A stretch of DNA of 64,000 bases from an uncultured Pseudomonadota bacterium (GTDB taxonomy: Bacteria; Babelota; Babeliae; Babelales; CAIQNR01): NCBI GenBank assembly GCA_964570505.1, contig CAZMYL010000002.1, positions 53,414 through 117,413 of the forward strand, given 5' to 3'. Shown here in pieces: positions 46,493 to 56,253 of the stretch (its first letter is position 1; each line of letters opens with the position of its first letter). The translations under genes were made by a program, and so were the position numbers. Below the pieces are notes generated by a model. That model made no database searches and was not told where the DNA came from. It saw nothing but the letters and a program-made list of their open reading frames with translations.

Positions 46493-48481
46493 TTACGATA
46501 ATGGTTGTGGAGTAAAATACAATTCGCTTTTTAAGTTTGTATCTTTTAATGATTTAAAAGCAGCGATTAGATAATTAAATTGATCGGCTTTTATATAAAT
46601 TTTTCTACTAAAAACTTGCTTGATTTTTGAAACAGGTGGTTGTGCTGGACCAAGTACACGGATGTTATCTTGTTTTAGTAGGAGTGATGCAACTAAGAAA
46701 GCTTCTTGTTCTACAGTATTTTCTTTTTTATGTTTTAATTCTATTTCTGCAAATCTAATAACTGGCGGATATCCTATGAGCTTTCTATTTAAAATTTCAT
46801 GATTATAAAATTTTAAATAATCAATTTCATTTATGTAAGAAAAAATAGGATTATCAACCATGCTTTGTATAATAACTCGACCGTTATTGGTTGATCTCCC
46901 TGCTCTTCCTGCTACTTGAATAAGCTGTTGAAGAACTACTTCTTTTGCATTATAAATAGGAAAATTTAAGTTAACATCTGCCCATATAACGCCAACAAGT
47001 GTAACTTTTGGAAAATGAAATCCTTTTGTAATTGTTTGAGTGCCAACTAAGATATCAAGATTTTCTGTTTCAAAATCATGTATTGTTTTTTGCCAAATTT
47101 TTTTATTAGTTGTTGTATCCATGTCTGCTCTTGCAATTCGAGCTATAGGAAATAATTTTTGCAAAATTGTAACAATTTGTTGAGTTCCAATTCCCTTTTT
47201 TAAAAATTCTTGTTTTTTGCATTGAGGGCAAACTTCAGGAGCTTGTTGACTATGACTACAGTAATGGCATTTAAGGGTGTTATTATTATGTAATGTTAAG
47301 CTAACGGAACATGCTTTACATTCAAATACATATGCACACTCTTTGCATTGTAAAAAAAAACAAACACCTCGTCTGTTTAAGAAAATAATTGTTTGTTCTT
47401 TTTTAGTAAGCTGCTCTTTGATTGCTTGGTATAATTCTGTACTAATCCAGAAATTTTTTCGTTTTTTTTGATTAGTTAAAAAAACACATTCTGTTTTTGG
47501 AAATGATCCTCCAAAACGTGTTGTTAGCTTAAAAAGTTTCCAGCCGCGATGTTCTACATTATATAAAGAACTAATGGATGGAGTAGCAGATCCCATTATA
47601 ATAGGAATATTATATTCTTGAGCTCTTATCAGAGCTGCAGACTTAGTATTTACTTTTGGGTGTTTTTTTTCTTGAAATCCTACTTCATGTTCTTCATCAA
47701 CAATAATTAATCCTAAATTTTCTATAGGTAACAGTACGGGAAGGTGGACGCCTATAATTAATAGAGATTTGCCTTCTTGAAGAGATTTCCAGAGTATGCG
47801 TTTTGTTTGTGTAGATGATGCGCTATGAAAAGCTGCTATTGGCAAATCGGGCATTTGACTTTTTAATAATTTTTCAAATTGAGTTGCAAGCGTTACTTCT
47901 GGTAAAAGTAGTAAGGTTGTTTTTCCTTCTTTGTAAGCATGTTCAATAAGTTTTTTATAAACTTCTGTTTTTCCAGATCCCGTTACCCCATGTAACAATA
48001 TAGGTGTATATAGTTTTTCTGTTATTTTTTTTGTTGCGTAAGAAACTATATCTTGTTGTTCAGTTGTTAGTTGGACCGAATTGCCAATATATTCTTCTGC
48101 TTGTTCAGGAATTATTTCGCATTCTTTTTGTTCAATAAAATTTTTTATTCGAGCAATAAAATAGACAGGATCGGTTATATGGTATTGTGAAAGGGAAGTA
48201 ATAAATTTTAGGTACAGTACATCTTTAGGAAATAATTCAATGCTGATAATTTCTTTTACGGTAAAACTTGATTCTTTTTTTTCAGTATAACATGCAATTA
48301 CAAATGCCGAAGCTATTGTATTTCTTATAGGAACTTTAACAATAGCTCCTATACTAATTGAACTTAAATGAGAAGGAATTTTATAGGTTAAAGGTTTTGA
48401 AAAACCAGATAACAATTTTACATCTACAAACATAGTATAATAAGTATAATCTATTGTGTTTTTTATAAAAGAATTATTCAA
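46493..48481 (-). CDS. priA: primosomal replication-restart helicase PriA
   Basis: The ORF is 662 aa. It has Walker A GVTGSGKT, DEEH, and a Cys-rich zinc-binding insert (CKECAYVFECKACSVSLTLH...CHYCSH...CPQC). Confidence 0.93.
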   Translation of the reverse strand: MNNSFIKNTIDYTYYTMFVDVKLLSGFSKPLTYKIPSHLSSISIGAIVKVPIRNTIASAFVIACYTEKKESSFTVKEIISIELFPKDVLYLKFITSLSQYHITDPVYFIARIKNFIEQKECEIIPEQAEEYIGNSVQLTTEQQDIVSYATKKITEKLYTPILLHGVTGSGKTEVYKKLIEHAYKEGKTTLLLLPEVTLATQFEKLLKSQMPDLPIAAFHSASSTQTKRILWKSLQEGKSLLIIGVHLPVLLPIENLGLIIVDEEHEVGFQEKKHPKVNTKSAALIRAQEYNIPIIMGSATPSISSLYNVEHRGWKLFKLTTRFGGSFPKTECVFLTNQKKRKNFWISTELYQAIKEQLTKKEQTIIFLNRRGVCFFLQCKECAYVFECKACSVSLTLHNNNTLKCHYCSHSQQAPEVCPQCKKQEFLKKGIGTQQIVTILQKLFPIARIARADMDTTTNKKIWQKTIHDFETENLDILVGTQTITKGFHFPKVTLVGVIWADVNLNFPIYNAKEVVLQQLIQVAGRAGRSTNNGRVIIQSMVDNPIFSYINEIDYLKFYNHEILNRKLIGYPPVIRFAEIELKHKKENTVEQEAFLVASLLLKQDNIRVLGPAQPPVSKIKQVFSRKIYIKADQFNYLIAAFKSLKDTNLKSELYFTPQPLS

Positions 48482-48550
48482 AATATATTGACCTGCTAAT
48501 TGTTTTTTACGTAAAAATAATCATTATTAATTTTTATAAAAGGAGCTCCT

Positions 48551-49480
48551 GTGAATAAAAAAAGATATGTCTTACTCACAATAATTCTAATTAATCAATG
48601 TCTAGGAACTTCTAATTTTGTTACAGAATCTTATTCTTCTAGCTCTTCCTCTCAAGAGAGAATGATTAACGGAAAAGTCGTAAAGTCTGAAAAATCAAAT
48701 ATAAGTAGCAGTAATAAAATGGCTGGTAAAGATGGTAAGATTTTGTATCAAAAATCTGATAACAATCAAGATGAACAAATGAATGATCCCCTTTTAGGGC
48801 TTAAAGCATCTGGAGAGGATTATTTTAATTACAATGCTCGGTCTTCTATTGATAAAAAAATGATTAAATTAGTTTCTGGTTCATGTGCTATTAGTGATCT
48901 TGGAAGTGGGTTTAGTGACAACCAAATTGGAATTGTAAAAAAGAATGCTGCAAGAAGTGCTTCAGGAGATTTTTTATTTGGAATTTTTAGCTCTTCAAGA
49001 GATGCGGTTACAAACAATGCGGAAGCGTCGCTTGTTAAAGCATTTCATCAAGGAGAAAATAAGCCAGATATCGAAATTATGATTGACGCATTAGAAGATA
49101 TTAAAGAGTTTAGCGATAGCAATAACTATAAAGATTCTTTTGGTATAGGAATGGGAATCTTAAGAGACTTTATTTCTAAAAAAACATTAACAATCTGGTG
49201 TCCTTTTAATTGTAGGGCAGCAATTTTTTCCAAGAGAAATATTAGTGAATATGATGATATGACTTCTTTGGTTATATCTAAAGGAGATATTATTATCTTT
49301 GGAACAAATAATTTTTGGGAAAAGGTTGATTCAGCTGAAGCAATAAAAATTGCAAGAAAAAATTTAAAGAAAAGTTCTTATACAAAGTCTGCTGTTGATG
49401 TAGCAGAAAAACTAATAATAAATGCTCGTACAAGAGGTTGTAATCATGCAATGAATGTATTGGTTATTTATATTTTATAA
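48551..49480 (+). CDS. secreted protein with PP2C-like block order but without the metal-binding Asp residues (tentative)
   Basis: The ORF is 309 aa with a GTG start and a signal peptide. Its blocks are FLFGIFSSSRDAV, GIGMGIL...LTIWCPFNCRAAIF, DIIIFGTNNFWEKV and RGCNHAMNVLVIYI. These parallel the PP2C motifs (FGVFDGHGG, GSTA...VANVGDSRA, DFLILASDGLWD, GSxDNITVIVV). Confidence 0.35.
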   Translation: MNKKRYVLLTIILINQCLGTSNFVTESYSSSSSSQERMINGKVVKSEKSNISSSNKMAGKDGKILYQKSDNNQDEQMNDPLLGLKASGEDYFNYNARSSIDKKMIKLVSGSCAISDLGSGFSDNQIGIVKKNAARSASGDFLFGIFSSSRDAVTNNAEASLVKAFHQGENKPDIEIMIDALEDIKEFSDSNNYKDSFGIGMGILRDFISKKTLTIWCPFNCRAAIFSKRNISEYDDMTSLVISKGDIIIFGTNNFWEKVDSAEAIKIARKNLKKSSYTKSAVDVAEKLIINARTRGCNHAMNVLVIYIL

Positions 49481-49552
49481 GAATATCTTTTTAAAATCCT
49501 TATACTGTTCTAGAATTCATCATTAATTTTATATAGGTATAAGGATTTTTTT

Positions 49553-52270
49553 GTGAATGCATATGATAAAAATACATTATTTTTGATAGATGGTTCTTCT
49601 TTTTTATATCGCGCATATTATGGGCTTCGCCCTCTTCATACGCCTCAGGGAGCTCCAGTTCAAGCAGTGTATGGCTTTTGTCGTATGATTAAAAAATTAA
49701 TAGAAAAATTTGATGCTCAAAATGTTGTTCTTGTTTGGGATAGTAAAGGAAAAACAGAACGACATGAAATATTTCCTAGCTATAAAGCAAACCGCCAAGA
49801 GCCGCCTTCAGATTTATTTGAACAAAAAGAATTAATCATAAAATTTGCAGATGCTATAGGTCTTAAGCAATATGCCAAAGTTGGGATAGAAGCAGATGAT
49901 TTGATGTATTCATTTGCGCAATGGTGGTCAAGAAATGGTAACAAATCGGTTATTATAACATCAGATAAAGACATGGGTCAGGCAATAAATGATAACATAA
50001 CAATATATGACTCATTTAAAGATATTATAATAGACAAGGATGTTTTTACAGAAAGAATGGGCTTTGAGCCCTCAAAAACAGTTTTTTATTTTTCTCTTAT
50101 TGGAGACTCTTCAGATAATATTCCAGGTGTAAAAGGCATAGGTGCTAAAGGCGCACTAGAGTTAATTTCTGTATATGATTCTTTAAATGATTTGTATGCG
50201 AAAATTGATACTGTTGGCAGTAAACGTTTAAAGACTTCTTTGGAGTTGTATAAGGATGATGCGTTTTTAAGTGAAAAATTATTCACTCTCGTTTTATATC
50301 CAATAGATCCTAAAGATAGTAATGTGCAATTTGATAAAGATAAATGGAGCGGAGCTCGAGCTCTTTTTAAAGAACTTAATTTTATGAGTTTGCTAAAAGA
50401 AATTCCAAATATAGAAGTGCAAAAAAATTTTTTTGATATACCAAAAACAAGTAAAGATTATTGGTATACATTTTTCTGTATTACTAAAATTGGTGATTTA
50501 AAAAAATTAATAGAAAAAATTAAAGATAAGAAAAAATTTGCATATGATACAGAAACAGATTCTTTAGAACCTCTGCAATGCAATCTTGTTGGTATATCAA
50601 TTTGTATAGAAGAGAAATTTTCTTATTATATTCCATGTGGTCATGCATCAAAAGAAGAACAGCTTTCTGTTGATACTGTTATTCAAGAATTAAAAATTAT
50701 TTTTGAAGATAGTAGTATTTATAAAATTGCACATCATGCAAAATTCGATCAACTTGTTCTTTCTCAATATGGTATCAGAGTAAAGGGTCTTTTTTTTGAT
50801 ACAATGATAGCAGCTGCTTTGGTTAAAGAAGATTGGCAAAAATCAGGCCTTAAATATCTTTCCGAAATTTATTTACATGAAAAAATGTTAAGCTTTGGTG
50901 AAGTGGTAGAAGATAAGGGGTATAAAAATTTTTCTTATGTGCCATTGCATGATGCTCTTGAATATGCCGCTGCAGATGCGCATCAAACTTTTAGATTGCA
51001 GCCTATTTTAGAACAATTGTTAAAAGAAAAAGATCAAAAAAAGTTATTTGATACTATCGAAATTCCATTAATTGAAGTTCTTTTTGATATGGAAAAAATG
51101 GGAATTTATTGTGATATAGAAGTTCTTAAATCTTTGCATACAACTGTTGTTGATCGAATAGATAAAATTCAAAAAACTATTATTGGTTTAATTGATCCAT
51201 CATATGCTTCTATTAATTTAAATTCTCCAAAACAAATTGAAGACCTTTTATTCAATGGTCTTCATTTAACTCGTCAAAAAAAGAGCACAAAAAGCAATAC
51301 TTACTCAACAGATAATGAAGTTTTACTAGAATTAAGTAAAGATCATCCAGTTCCTGCTTATATTGTGCAATATAGAGAATTGTATAAGTTGAAAAGTACT
51401 TATATTGAAGCATTGCCAACATATATTAATTCAAAAGATAATAGAATTCATACAACATATAGTCAAAATCGTGTTGCAACAGGAAGACTTGCAAGTTCTG
51501 ATCCAAATTTACAAAATATTCCTGTGCAAGGACTGGGCTCCACTGTTCGAATGGCATTTAGACCAGAGTGTAATGATAGAGTATTTATATCTGCAGATTA
51601 CTCACAAATTGAACTTAGAATTCTTGCGCAAGTAACTCAAGACCCTGTACTAATTAATGCATTTAAAAATAATGAAGATATTCATGCTCAAACCGCAGCA
51701 GGTATTTTTGGAATTCCATTACTTGATGTTACCGCAGAGCAGCGTGCTATTGGTAAAAGAATTAATTTTAGTATTTTATATGGACTTACTCCTTATGGTC
51801 TTTCTAAGGATTTGGATATTTCACTTAAAGATGCAAAGCATTTTATTGATACTTATTTTTCTCATTATAAATTTGTTCGTCCGTGGATGGATAATATTAT
51901 AGAAGATGCAAAAAGAACTGGTTATGTAAAAACAATTTTTGGCAGACGTCGTTATGTACCAGGCCTTAAAGAAAAAAATAAAAATCTTTATGAGCTTGCT
52001 TGTCGCATTGCAATTAATACAATCCCTCAAGGAACCAGTGCTGAAGTTATGAAAATAGGGATGATTCGTGTTAATTCATTATTAAAAGATAAATATTATA
52101 ATGCCCATATTTTGCTTCAAATTCATGACGAAATACTTATTGAATGTGATGAAAAGGATGCTGTTTTTATAGAAAAAGATATAAAAGTAGAACTGGAGTC
52201 AGTTGTTTCATGGGATATTCCATTAATAATTTCAACTAAAATTGGAAGGAATTGGAAAGATGCTGAATAA
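49553..52270 (+). CDS. polA: DNA polymerase I (5'-3' exonuclease, 3'-5' exonuclease and polymerase domains)
   Basis: The ORF is 905 aa with a GTG start. It has LIDGSSFLYRAYY (5' nuclease), FAYDTETDSL and YAAADA (exonuclease motifs), DYSQIELRILA, RAIGKRINFSILYG and QIHDE (polymerase motifs A, B, C). Confidence 0.97.
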   Translation: MNAYDKNTLFLIDGSSFLYRAYYGLRPLHTPQGAPVQAVYGFCRMIKKLIEKFDAQNVVLVWDSKGKTERHEIFPSYKANRQEPPSDLFEQKELIIKFADAIGLKQYAKVGIEADDLMYSFAQWWSRNGNKSVIITSDKDMGQAINDNITIYDSFKDIIIDKDVFTERMGFEPSKTVFYFSLIGDSSDNIPGVKGIGAKGALELISVYDSLNDLYAKIDTVGSKRLKTSLELYKDDAFLSEKLFTLVLYPIDPKDSNVQFDKDKWSGARALFKELNFMSLLKEIPNIEVQKNFFDIPKTSKDYWYTFFCITKIGDLKKLIEKIKDKKKFAYDTETDSLEPLQCNLVGISICIEEKFSYYIPCGHASKEEQLSVDTVIQELKIIFEDSSIYKIAHHAKFDQLVLSQYGIRVKGLFFDTMIAAALVKEDWQKSGLKYLSEIYLHEKMLSFGEVVEDKGYKNFSYVPLHDALEYAAADAHQTFRLQPILEQLLKEKDQKKLFDTIEIPLIEVLFDMEKMGIYCDIEVLKSLHTTVVDRIDKIQKTIIGLIDPSYASINLNSPKQIEDLLFNGLHLTRQKKSTKSNTYSTDNEVLLELSKDHPVPAYIVQYRELYKLKSTYIEALPTYINSKDNRIHTTYSQNRVATGRLASSDPNLQNIPVQGLGSTVRMAFRPECNDRVFISADYSQIELRILAQVTQDPVLINAFKNNEDIHAQTAAGIFGIPLLDVTAEQRAIGKRINFSILYGLTPYGLSKDLDISLKDAKHFIDTYFSHYKFVRPWMDNIIEDAKRTGYVKTIFGRRRYVPGLKEKNKNLYELACRIAINTIPQGTSAEVMKIGMIRVNSLLKDKYYNAHILLQIHDEILIECDEKDAVFIEKDIKVELESVVSWDIPLIISTKIGRNWKDAE

Positions 52271-52577
52271 AAATAAAATTTTATTATTAATAATAACGAC
52301 CCCATTATTTTCAACTACTTTAGTGGGTAGTGAAAAAAAAGGATGCTTTGTGTGGTTAAAATACATTTTCTGTTGTTGCAATCGGCAAGATGAACATAAA
52401 AAAACATTTTTATGTTTTCCTGAGGCTCCACCTGAATTACCTTTTTCATATCAAAATGCACCTAATGGAAAAGACTCAATAGCGCCATCTTCTAATCGTA
52501 CAAATTCTACTGGATATGATTTTGAAAGAATTAGTTTAGGATCAAATGGGTCAAATCATTCTTGCTATACTCAATAG
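52260..52577 (+). CDS. small signal-peptide protein, Cys-rich, unknown function
   Basis: The ATG at 52260 overlaps the polA stop (52268-52270). The signal-like N-terminus is MLNKNKILLLIITTPLFSTTLVG. A Cys cluster (FCCCN) is present. The C-terminus is ...SCYTQ. Confidence 0.45.
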   Translation: MLNKNKILLLIITTPLFSTTLVGSEKKGCFVWLKYIFCCCNRQDEHKKTFLCFPEAPPELPFSYQNAPNGKDSIAPSSNRTNSTGYDFERISLGSNGSNHSCYTQ

Positions 52578-52640
52578 ATTTAAAAGCCAATATTTTTTAA
52601 TTAATTTTAATCGTTAAATAGTTTGATAATAAGGAAAATA

Positions 52641-53387
52641 ATGGAAAATTTTACAAAAACAACTTCTTTAATTCTTGATCCACTTAATGATAAAACAAGC
52701 TCAGTGGAGCTGTTGCGTGTTTCTGGATCAGATCTTGACATAGCTAATGCAGCTCGCGTTTCATATGGTCGAATTTCTCATGAAATAAGTGATAGAGATA
52801 TAACGCTTATTCAATTTTTAATGGATCATGAACATACAAGTCCTTTTGAACATAATCAGCTATCTTTTCGTATTAAAGCGCCGATTTTTATAGCTCGTCA
52901 ATGGATGCGCCATAGGATGAATTCTTACAACGAAATTAGTTATCGATATGTTAAAGTAAAAACAGAATTTTATATTCCATCATCATTTAGATTGCAGGAT
53001 GCTCAAAATAAGCAATCATCTGTTGGATCGTTTCAAAATGATGTAATATTAGAAGCATATAAAAAATCTTTGGAAAATGCATATAGCACTTATGTATCAA
53101 TGATAGAAGCTGGGGTTTGTCGTGAACAAGCACGTGCAATATTACCTGTTGCTACATATACAGAATTTATTTTTACTTGCAACCTTCATTCTTTAATGCA
53201 TTTTTTAAAGCTTCGTTTAGGATCAGGTGCTCAACAAGAAGTTCGTTCATATGCACAAGCTCTTTTGACATTAACCTTGCCACATTTTCCAATTACTTTA
53301 GATGCATGGCGTAAAAAATATTTACCAGAAGAAGATTGGGTGTATAATAGTGCGATTATTAATGCATGGACAAAGCAATTAGGATGA
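52641..53387 (+). CDS. thyX: flavin-dependent thymidylate synthase ThyX
   Basis: The ThyX signature RHRMNSYNEISYRY (RHRxxSxxxxSxR) is present. I chose the start at ATG 52641 (aagga RBS) instead of the TTG at 52623. Confidence 0.93.
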   Translation: MENFTKTTSLILDPLNDKTSSVELLRVSGSDLDIANAARVSYGRISHEISDRDITLIQFLMDHEHTSPFEHNQLSFRIKAPIFIARQWMRHRMNSYNEISYRYVKVKTEFYIPSSFRLQDAQNKQSSVGSFQNDVILEAYKKSLENAYSTYVSMIEAGVCREQARAILPVATYTEFIFTCNLHSLMHFLKLRLGSGAQQEVRSYAQALLTLTLPHFPITLDAWRKKYLPEEDWVYNSAIINAWTKQLG

Positions 53388-53390
53388 TAT

Positions 53391-53906
53391 ATGACTACTG
53401 TTAAATCTTTATTAATAGGATTATTAATATCTGTAAATTTGAGTTTTTCATCTTCTTTAAAGAATAGTCAAGAAGAACAAAGAACGGATGCTATTCGACG
53501 ATATTCTCAATCCTTGCCAGATAAATTTGATGAAAATTTAGCGCGTCCTTTATTAGATAGTCAAGATCATATAGTTGTTAATCAGCCAATTCGCCCAAAA
53601 AAAGATCGTCATGTGCATTATGAAGAATTTCGAGCAATAGCTCAAAATAATCCAGTAACTCCTCATAATATTCAAGAGCCTATTGCCACACGTTATTCAT
53701 TAAATATGCCAGGGAGTGTTGGGCTACCAGAAGGAAGAGTTTCTGAAGAATATTTTAAAACTAAAGAAAAATCTTTTTGTGATAAAGAAATATGCTCTTT
53801 TCCTGTTCGCTGTGCAGCATTTGTATTAGTACCATTTACTATTGTGTCTGGAGCAGCAGTAACTGCTTTTTGGTATATAATTCATGAGTCAAATAAAAAT
53901 GATTAA
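53391..53906 (+). CDS. signal-peptide protein with C-terminal TM anchor, unknown function
   Basis: The ORF is 171 aa. It has the N-terminal signal LLIGLLISVNLSFSSS and the C-terminal hydrophobic segment CAAFVLVPFTIVSGAAVTAFWYII. Confidence 0.5.
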   Translation: MTTVKSLLIGLLISVNLSFSSSLKNSQEEQRTDAIRRYSQSLPDKFDENLARPLLDSQDHIVVNQPIRPKKDRHVHYEEFRAIAQNNPVTPHNIQEPIATRYSLNMPGSVGLPEGRVSEEYFKTKEKSFCDKEICSFPVRCAAFVLVPFTIVSGAAVTAFWYIIHESNKND

Positions 53907-53951
53907 AAAAGAATAAATTTTGTTAATAGTTTTTTAAAAAAGGTTGTTTAA

Positions 53952-54209
53952 ATGAAGAAGATTTTTTTATTTTTATTTCTTATAAATAGTAATTTATATT
54001 CTGCCAGTCGACCTTCAGATAGTGTTGTTATTGATATGGAGCCAGCCTCTGAAAAAAAATGTGAAAAACTTGCTCGTAAAAAAGAATATGTAGAAATTGA
54101 AAGGGATGAGCTCGGAAGACTTGCTGTTGTTGTATGCGACCAAAAATCGTGTGTTGATGATTATCTAGGAAGCTTTTTGCTTTCTTGCATATGTGCTTTT
54201 GTTCTTTAA
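53952..54209 (+). CDS. small signal-peptide protein with Cys-rich hydrophobic C-terminus (paralog of 54234-54536)
   Basis: The ORF is 85 aa with the signal MKKIFLFLFLINSNLYSAS, an aaaaagg RBS, and the C-terminus GSFLLSCICAFVL. Confidence 0.5.
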   Translation: MKKIFLFLFLINSNLYSASRPSDSVVIDMEPASEKKCEKLARKKEYVEIERDELGRLAVVVCDQKSCVDDYLGSFLLSCICAFVL

Positions 54210-54233
54210 TTTTAATAAAAGAAGGGTACTAAA

Positions 54234-54536
54234 ATGAAAAAATATCTAATTTTGTTTATTGCAATAAACAAAATTTTTTCTGCATCAGAAAGCATGATTT
54301 CTAGTCAGCCGTTAAAAAATGATCAACATAAAGTTAGACGTCTTTTTGTTAAGTGCAAAGAGAGGTGTTCTTCTTGTGGTGGTTTTATAGCAGAAACAAG
54401 AAATTCTGATAAAATAATTATTGAAGAATTAGGTGTAGCGACAAAGCGTGAGTTACATACTTGTATACTTGGGTTTTCAACGGGAATCTTAATGAGGGCT
54501 GCTATTGCTACATATTGTGGTATTTGCTCTTTTTGA
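54234..54536 (+). CDS. small signal-peptide protein with Cys-rich hydrophobic C-terminus (paralog of 53952-54209)
   Basis: The ORF is 100 aa with the signal MKKYLILFIAINKIFSAS, a gaaggg RBS, and the C-terminus AAIATYCGICSF. Confidence 0.5.
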   Translation: MKKYLILFIAINKIFSASESMISSQPLKNDQHKVRRLFVKCKERCSSCGGFIAETRNSDKIIIEELGVATKRELHTCILGFSTGILMRAAIATYCGICSF

Positions 54537-54779
54537 TATTACTTAATTCAATCTTTAGACAATACTTATGATAGTATTTTTTAGTGATTGCAGCTTATCT
54601 AATAATTTAAAGATATTGATTTGTTCTTTTTTAGACTTAGATTATTTGAGATCTTCTAACAAAAAGGTGGTAGTTTTAGAGCCAAATTAGATGATGCTTT
54701 GAGCCCTGGTGCTGATAGCAGAGTTTTAGCTAAACTGATATTTATTAGGATAAGCTTTTTGATTCTAAATATGTCAAAG

Positions 54780-54807
54780 TTGACTTTCAGAGCGGTATTG
54801 TCATACT
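54780..54807 (+). promoter_or_regulatory. candidate promoter for rpmA-secF
   Basis: TTGACT (54780-54785), a 16-nt spacer ending in TGT (extended -10 type), then CATACT (54802-54807). This would give a leader of about 65 nt to ATG 54878. This is a pattern match only. Confidence 0.3.
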
Positions 54808-54877
54808 TAATGTAAGTTTTTTGGGTTTAGCCCTTAAAAAGTCAAAAAAATTCTTCCTAAAATCAAAGGATAAGTCG

Positions 54878-55138
54878 ATGGCAACGAGTAAATCTGGTGG
54901 TTCAACATCAAACGGTCGTGATAGTATTGGTAGAAGACTTGGTACTAAAAAGTATGCTGGTGAAGTAGTTCAACCTGGCGATATTATTATTCGTCAAAGA
55001 GGAACTAAGTTTCATGCTGGCGATGCTGTTGGTATGGGTAAAGATCATACATTATACGCACTTGGCGCTGGTACAGTGAGATTTCATTACCGTAGTGGTG
55101 GTCGAAAATATGTATCTATAGATTCAGTTTCTGAGTAA
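54878..55138 (+). CDS. rpmA: 50S ribosomal protein L27
   Basis: The sequence [25 protein letters not shown]...[13 protein letters not shown] matches L27. The ATG at 54878 follows an aaagga RBS. The longer ORF from 54821 (TTG) is rejected. Confidence 0.93.
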   Translation: MATSKSGGSTSNGRDSIGRRLGTKKYAGEVVQPGDIIIRQRGTKFHAGDAVGMGKDHTLYALGAGTVRFHYRSGGRKYVSIDSVSE

Positions 55139-55240
55139 GTTTTTTATTAAGTTTGTAAATTTTGCTTTAAAAAGTAAAACATGGTAAGACTTTCTCTATC
55201 GAGTAATGGAAAAAACTTTTTATTCATCGGAGAGCCAGAA

Positions 55241-56119
55241 ATGACTGCGCGTTCTTTTAATTTTCTTAAGTATAAGTTTCATGCTGCGTTTTTATCTTTA
55301 ACTTTTATCTGTGCTGGTGTTGCTGGATATATTTATAATGGCGGTTTTAGATACAGCGTAGATTTTACAGGTGGTACTCAAGTTTTATTTAAATTTAGTA
55401 ATCCTGTTGGATCGGAAGAGTTAAAAAGGATTTTGGCTCATGCAGGATGGGAAGATGCTGTTACTCGTGAGTTTAGTCAAACAGAAGTTGTTATAAGAGT
55501 AAAAGAATTTGCAAACGATGCCCAAGGCTTGGCGTTGGCGATACAGGCAGCGCTTGAGGCAAATTTACCAAATCAAACAACCGCGATGATTTTAGAAGCA
55601 AATGGCGTTGGGCCTGGGACTGGTCAAGAGTTGCGTTGGAATCTCTTGTTTATGTTGATTGCTGGCTTTGCGCTTATGTTTGGTTATATTGTAGTTAGAT
55701 TTTGGTCTTTTTCTTATGGTATTGGTACAGTAATTGCTCTGTTGCATGATCCTCTTGCAATACTTGCTGTGATTGCAATTGCTAAAATAGAGATTTCTCC
55801 TAATGTAATTTGTGCGATTATAACTGCTTTGGGGTATTCTATAAATGATACTATTGTGATTTTTGCTCGTATTAGAGACCGATTTGCTGTTGCAAAGCAA
55901 GGAGAAAGTTCAAGTGTAATTGTTAATGAAAGTTTGAATCATACACTTTCTAGAACAATTTTGACCAGTTTTGCTACTCTTTTGGTAGTTCTTACTCTTT
56001 TTGTTTTTGGTGGTGAATCTTTGCGTGATTTATCTTTATCGTTTATAGTTGGAATTTTAGTTGGAACTTATTCATCCATCTTTGTTGCAAGTCCAATTAT
56101 GTTATATTTTAAACGTTAA
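55241..56119 (+). CDS. secF: protein-export membrane protein SecF
   Basis: The N-terminus FNFLKYKFHAAF..., the block VDFTGGTQVLFKF, and six TM segments with the C-terminal pattern YSINDTIVIFARIRD match SecF. The ATG at 55241 follows ggagag. No secD is adjacent. Confidence 0.88.
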   Translation: MTARSFNFLKYKFHAAFLSLTFICAGVAGYIYNGGFRYSVDFTGGTQVLFKFSNPVGSEELKRILAHAGWEDAVTREFSQTEVVIRVKEFANDAQGLALAIQAALEANLPNQTTAMILEANGVGPGTGQELRWNLLFMLIAGFALMFGYIVVRFWSFSYGIGTVIALLHDPLAILAVIAIAKIEISPNVICAIITALGYSINDTIVIFARIRDRFAVAKQGESSSVIVNESLNHTLSRTILTSFATLLVVLTLFVFGGESLRDLSLSFIVGILVGTYSSIFVASPIMLYFKR

Positions 56120-56253
56120 TTTTTGATGTTTTTAGCTCTGTAAACATGAATTTATCCATGAAATATCTTTTCTTGAATTGAGATGGTGCATCATATGTAT
56201 GTGCGCTTTTATCTTTAGGATCATTTGTAATTAGGCTTAGGAGGGATTTTGAT

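Noticed and set aside
54537-54779. I looked for SRP RNA, 6S RNA, RNase P RNA or a decayed rplU in the gap upstream of rpmA.
   Set aside because: No conserved SRP domain-IV-like motif or other signature was recognisable by eye, and no L21-like translation appeared in any frame. The gap is left as unexplained non-coding DNA.
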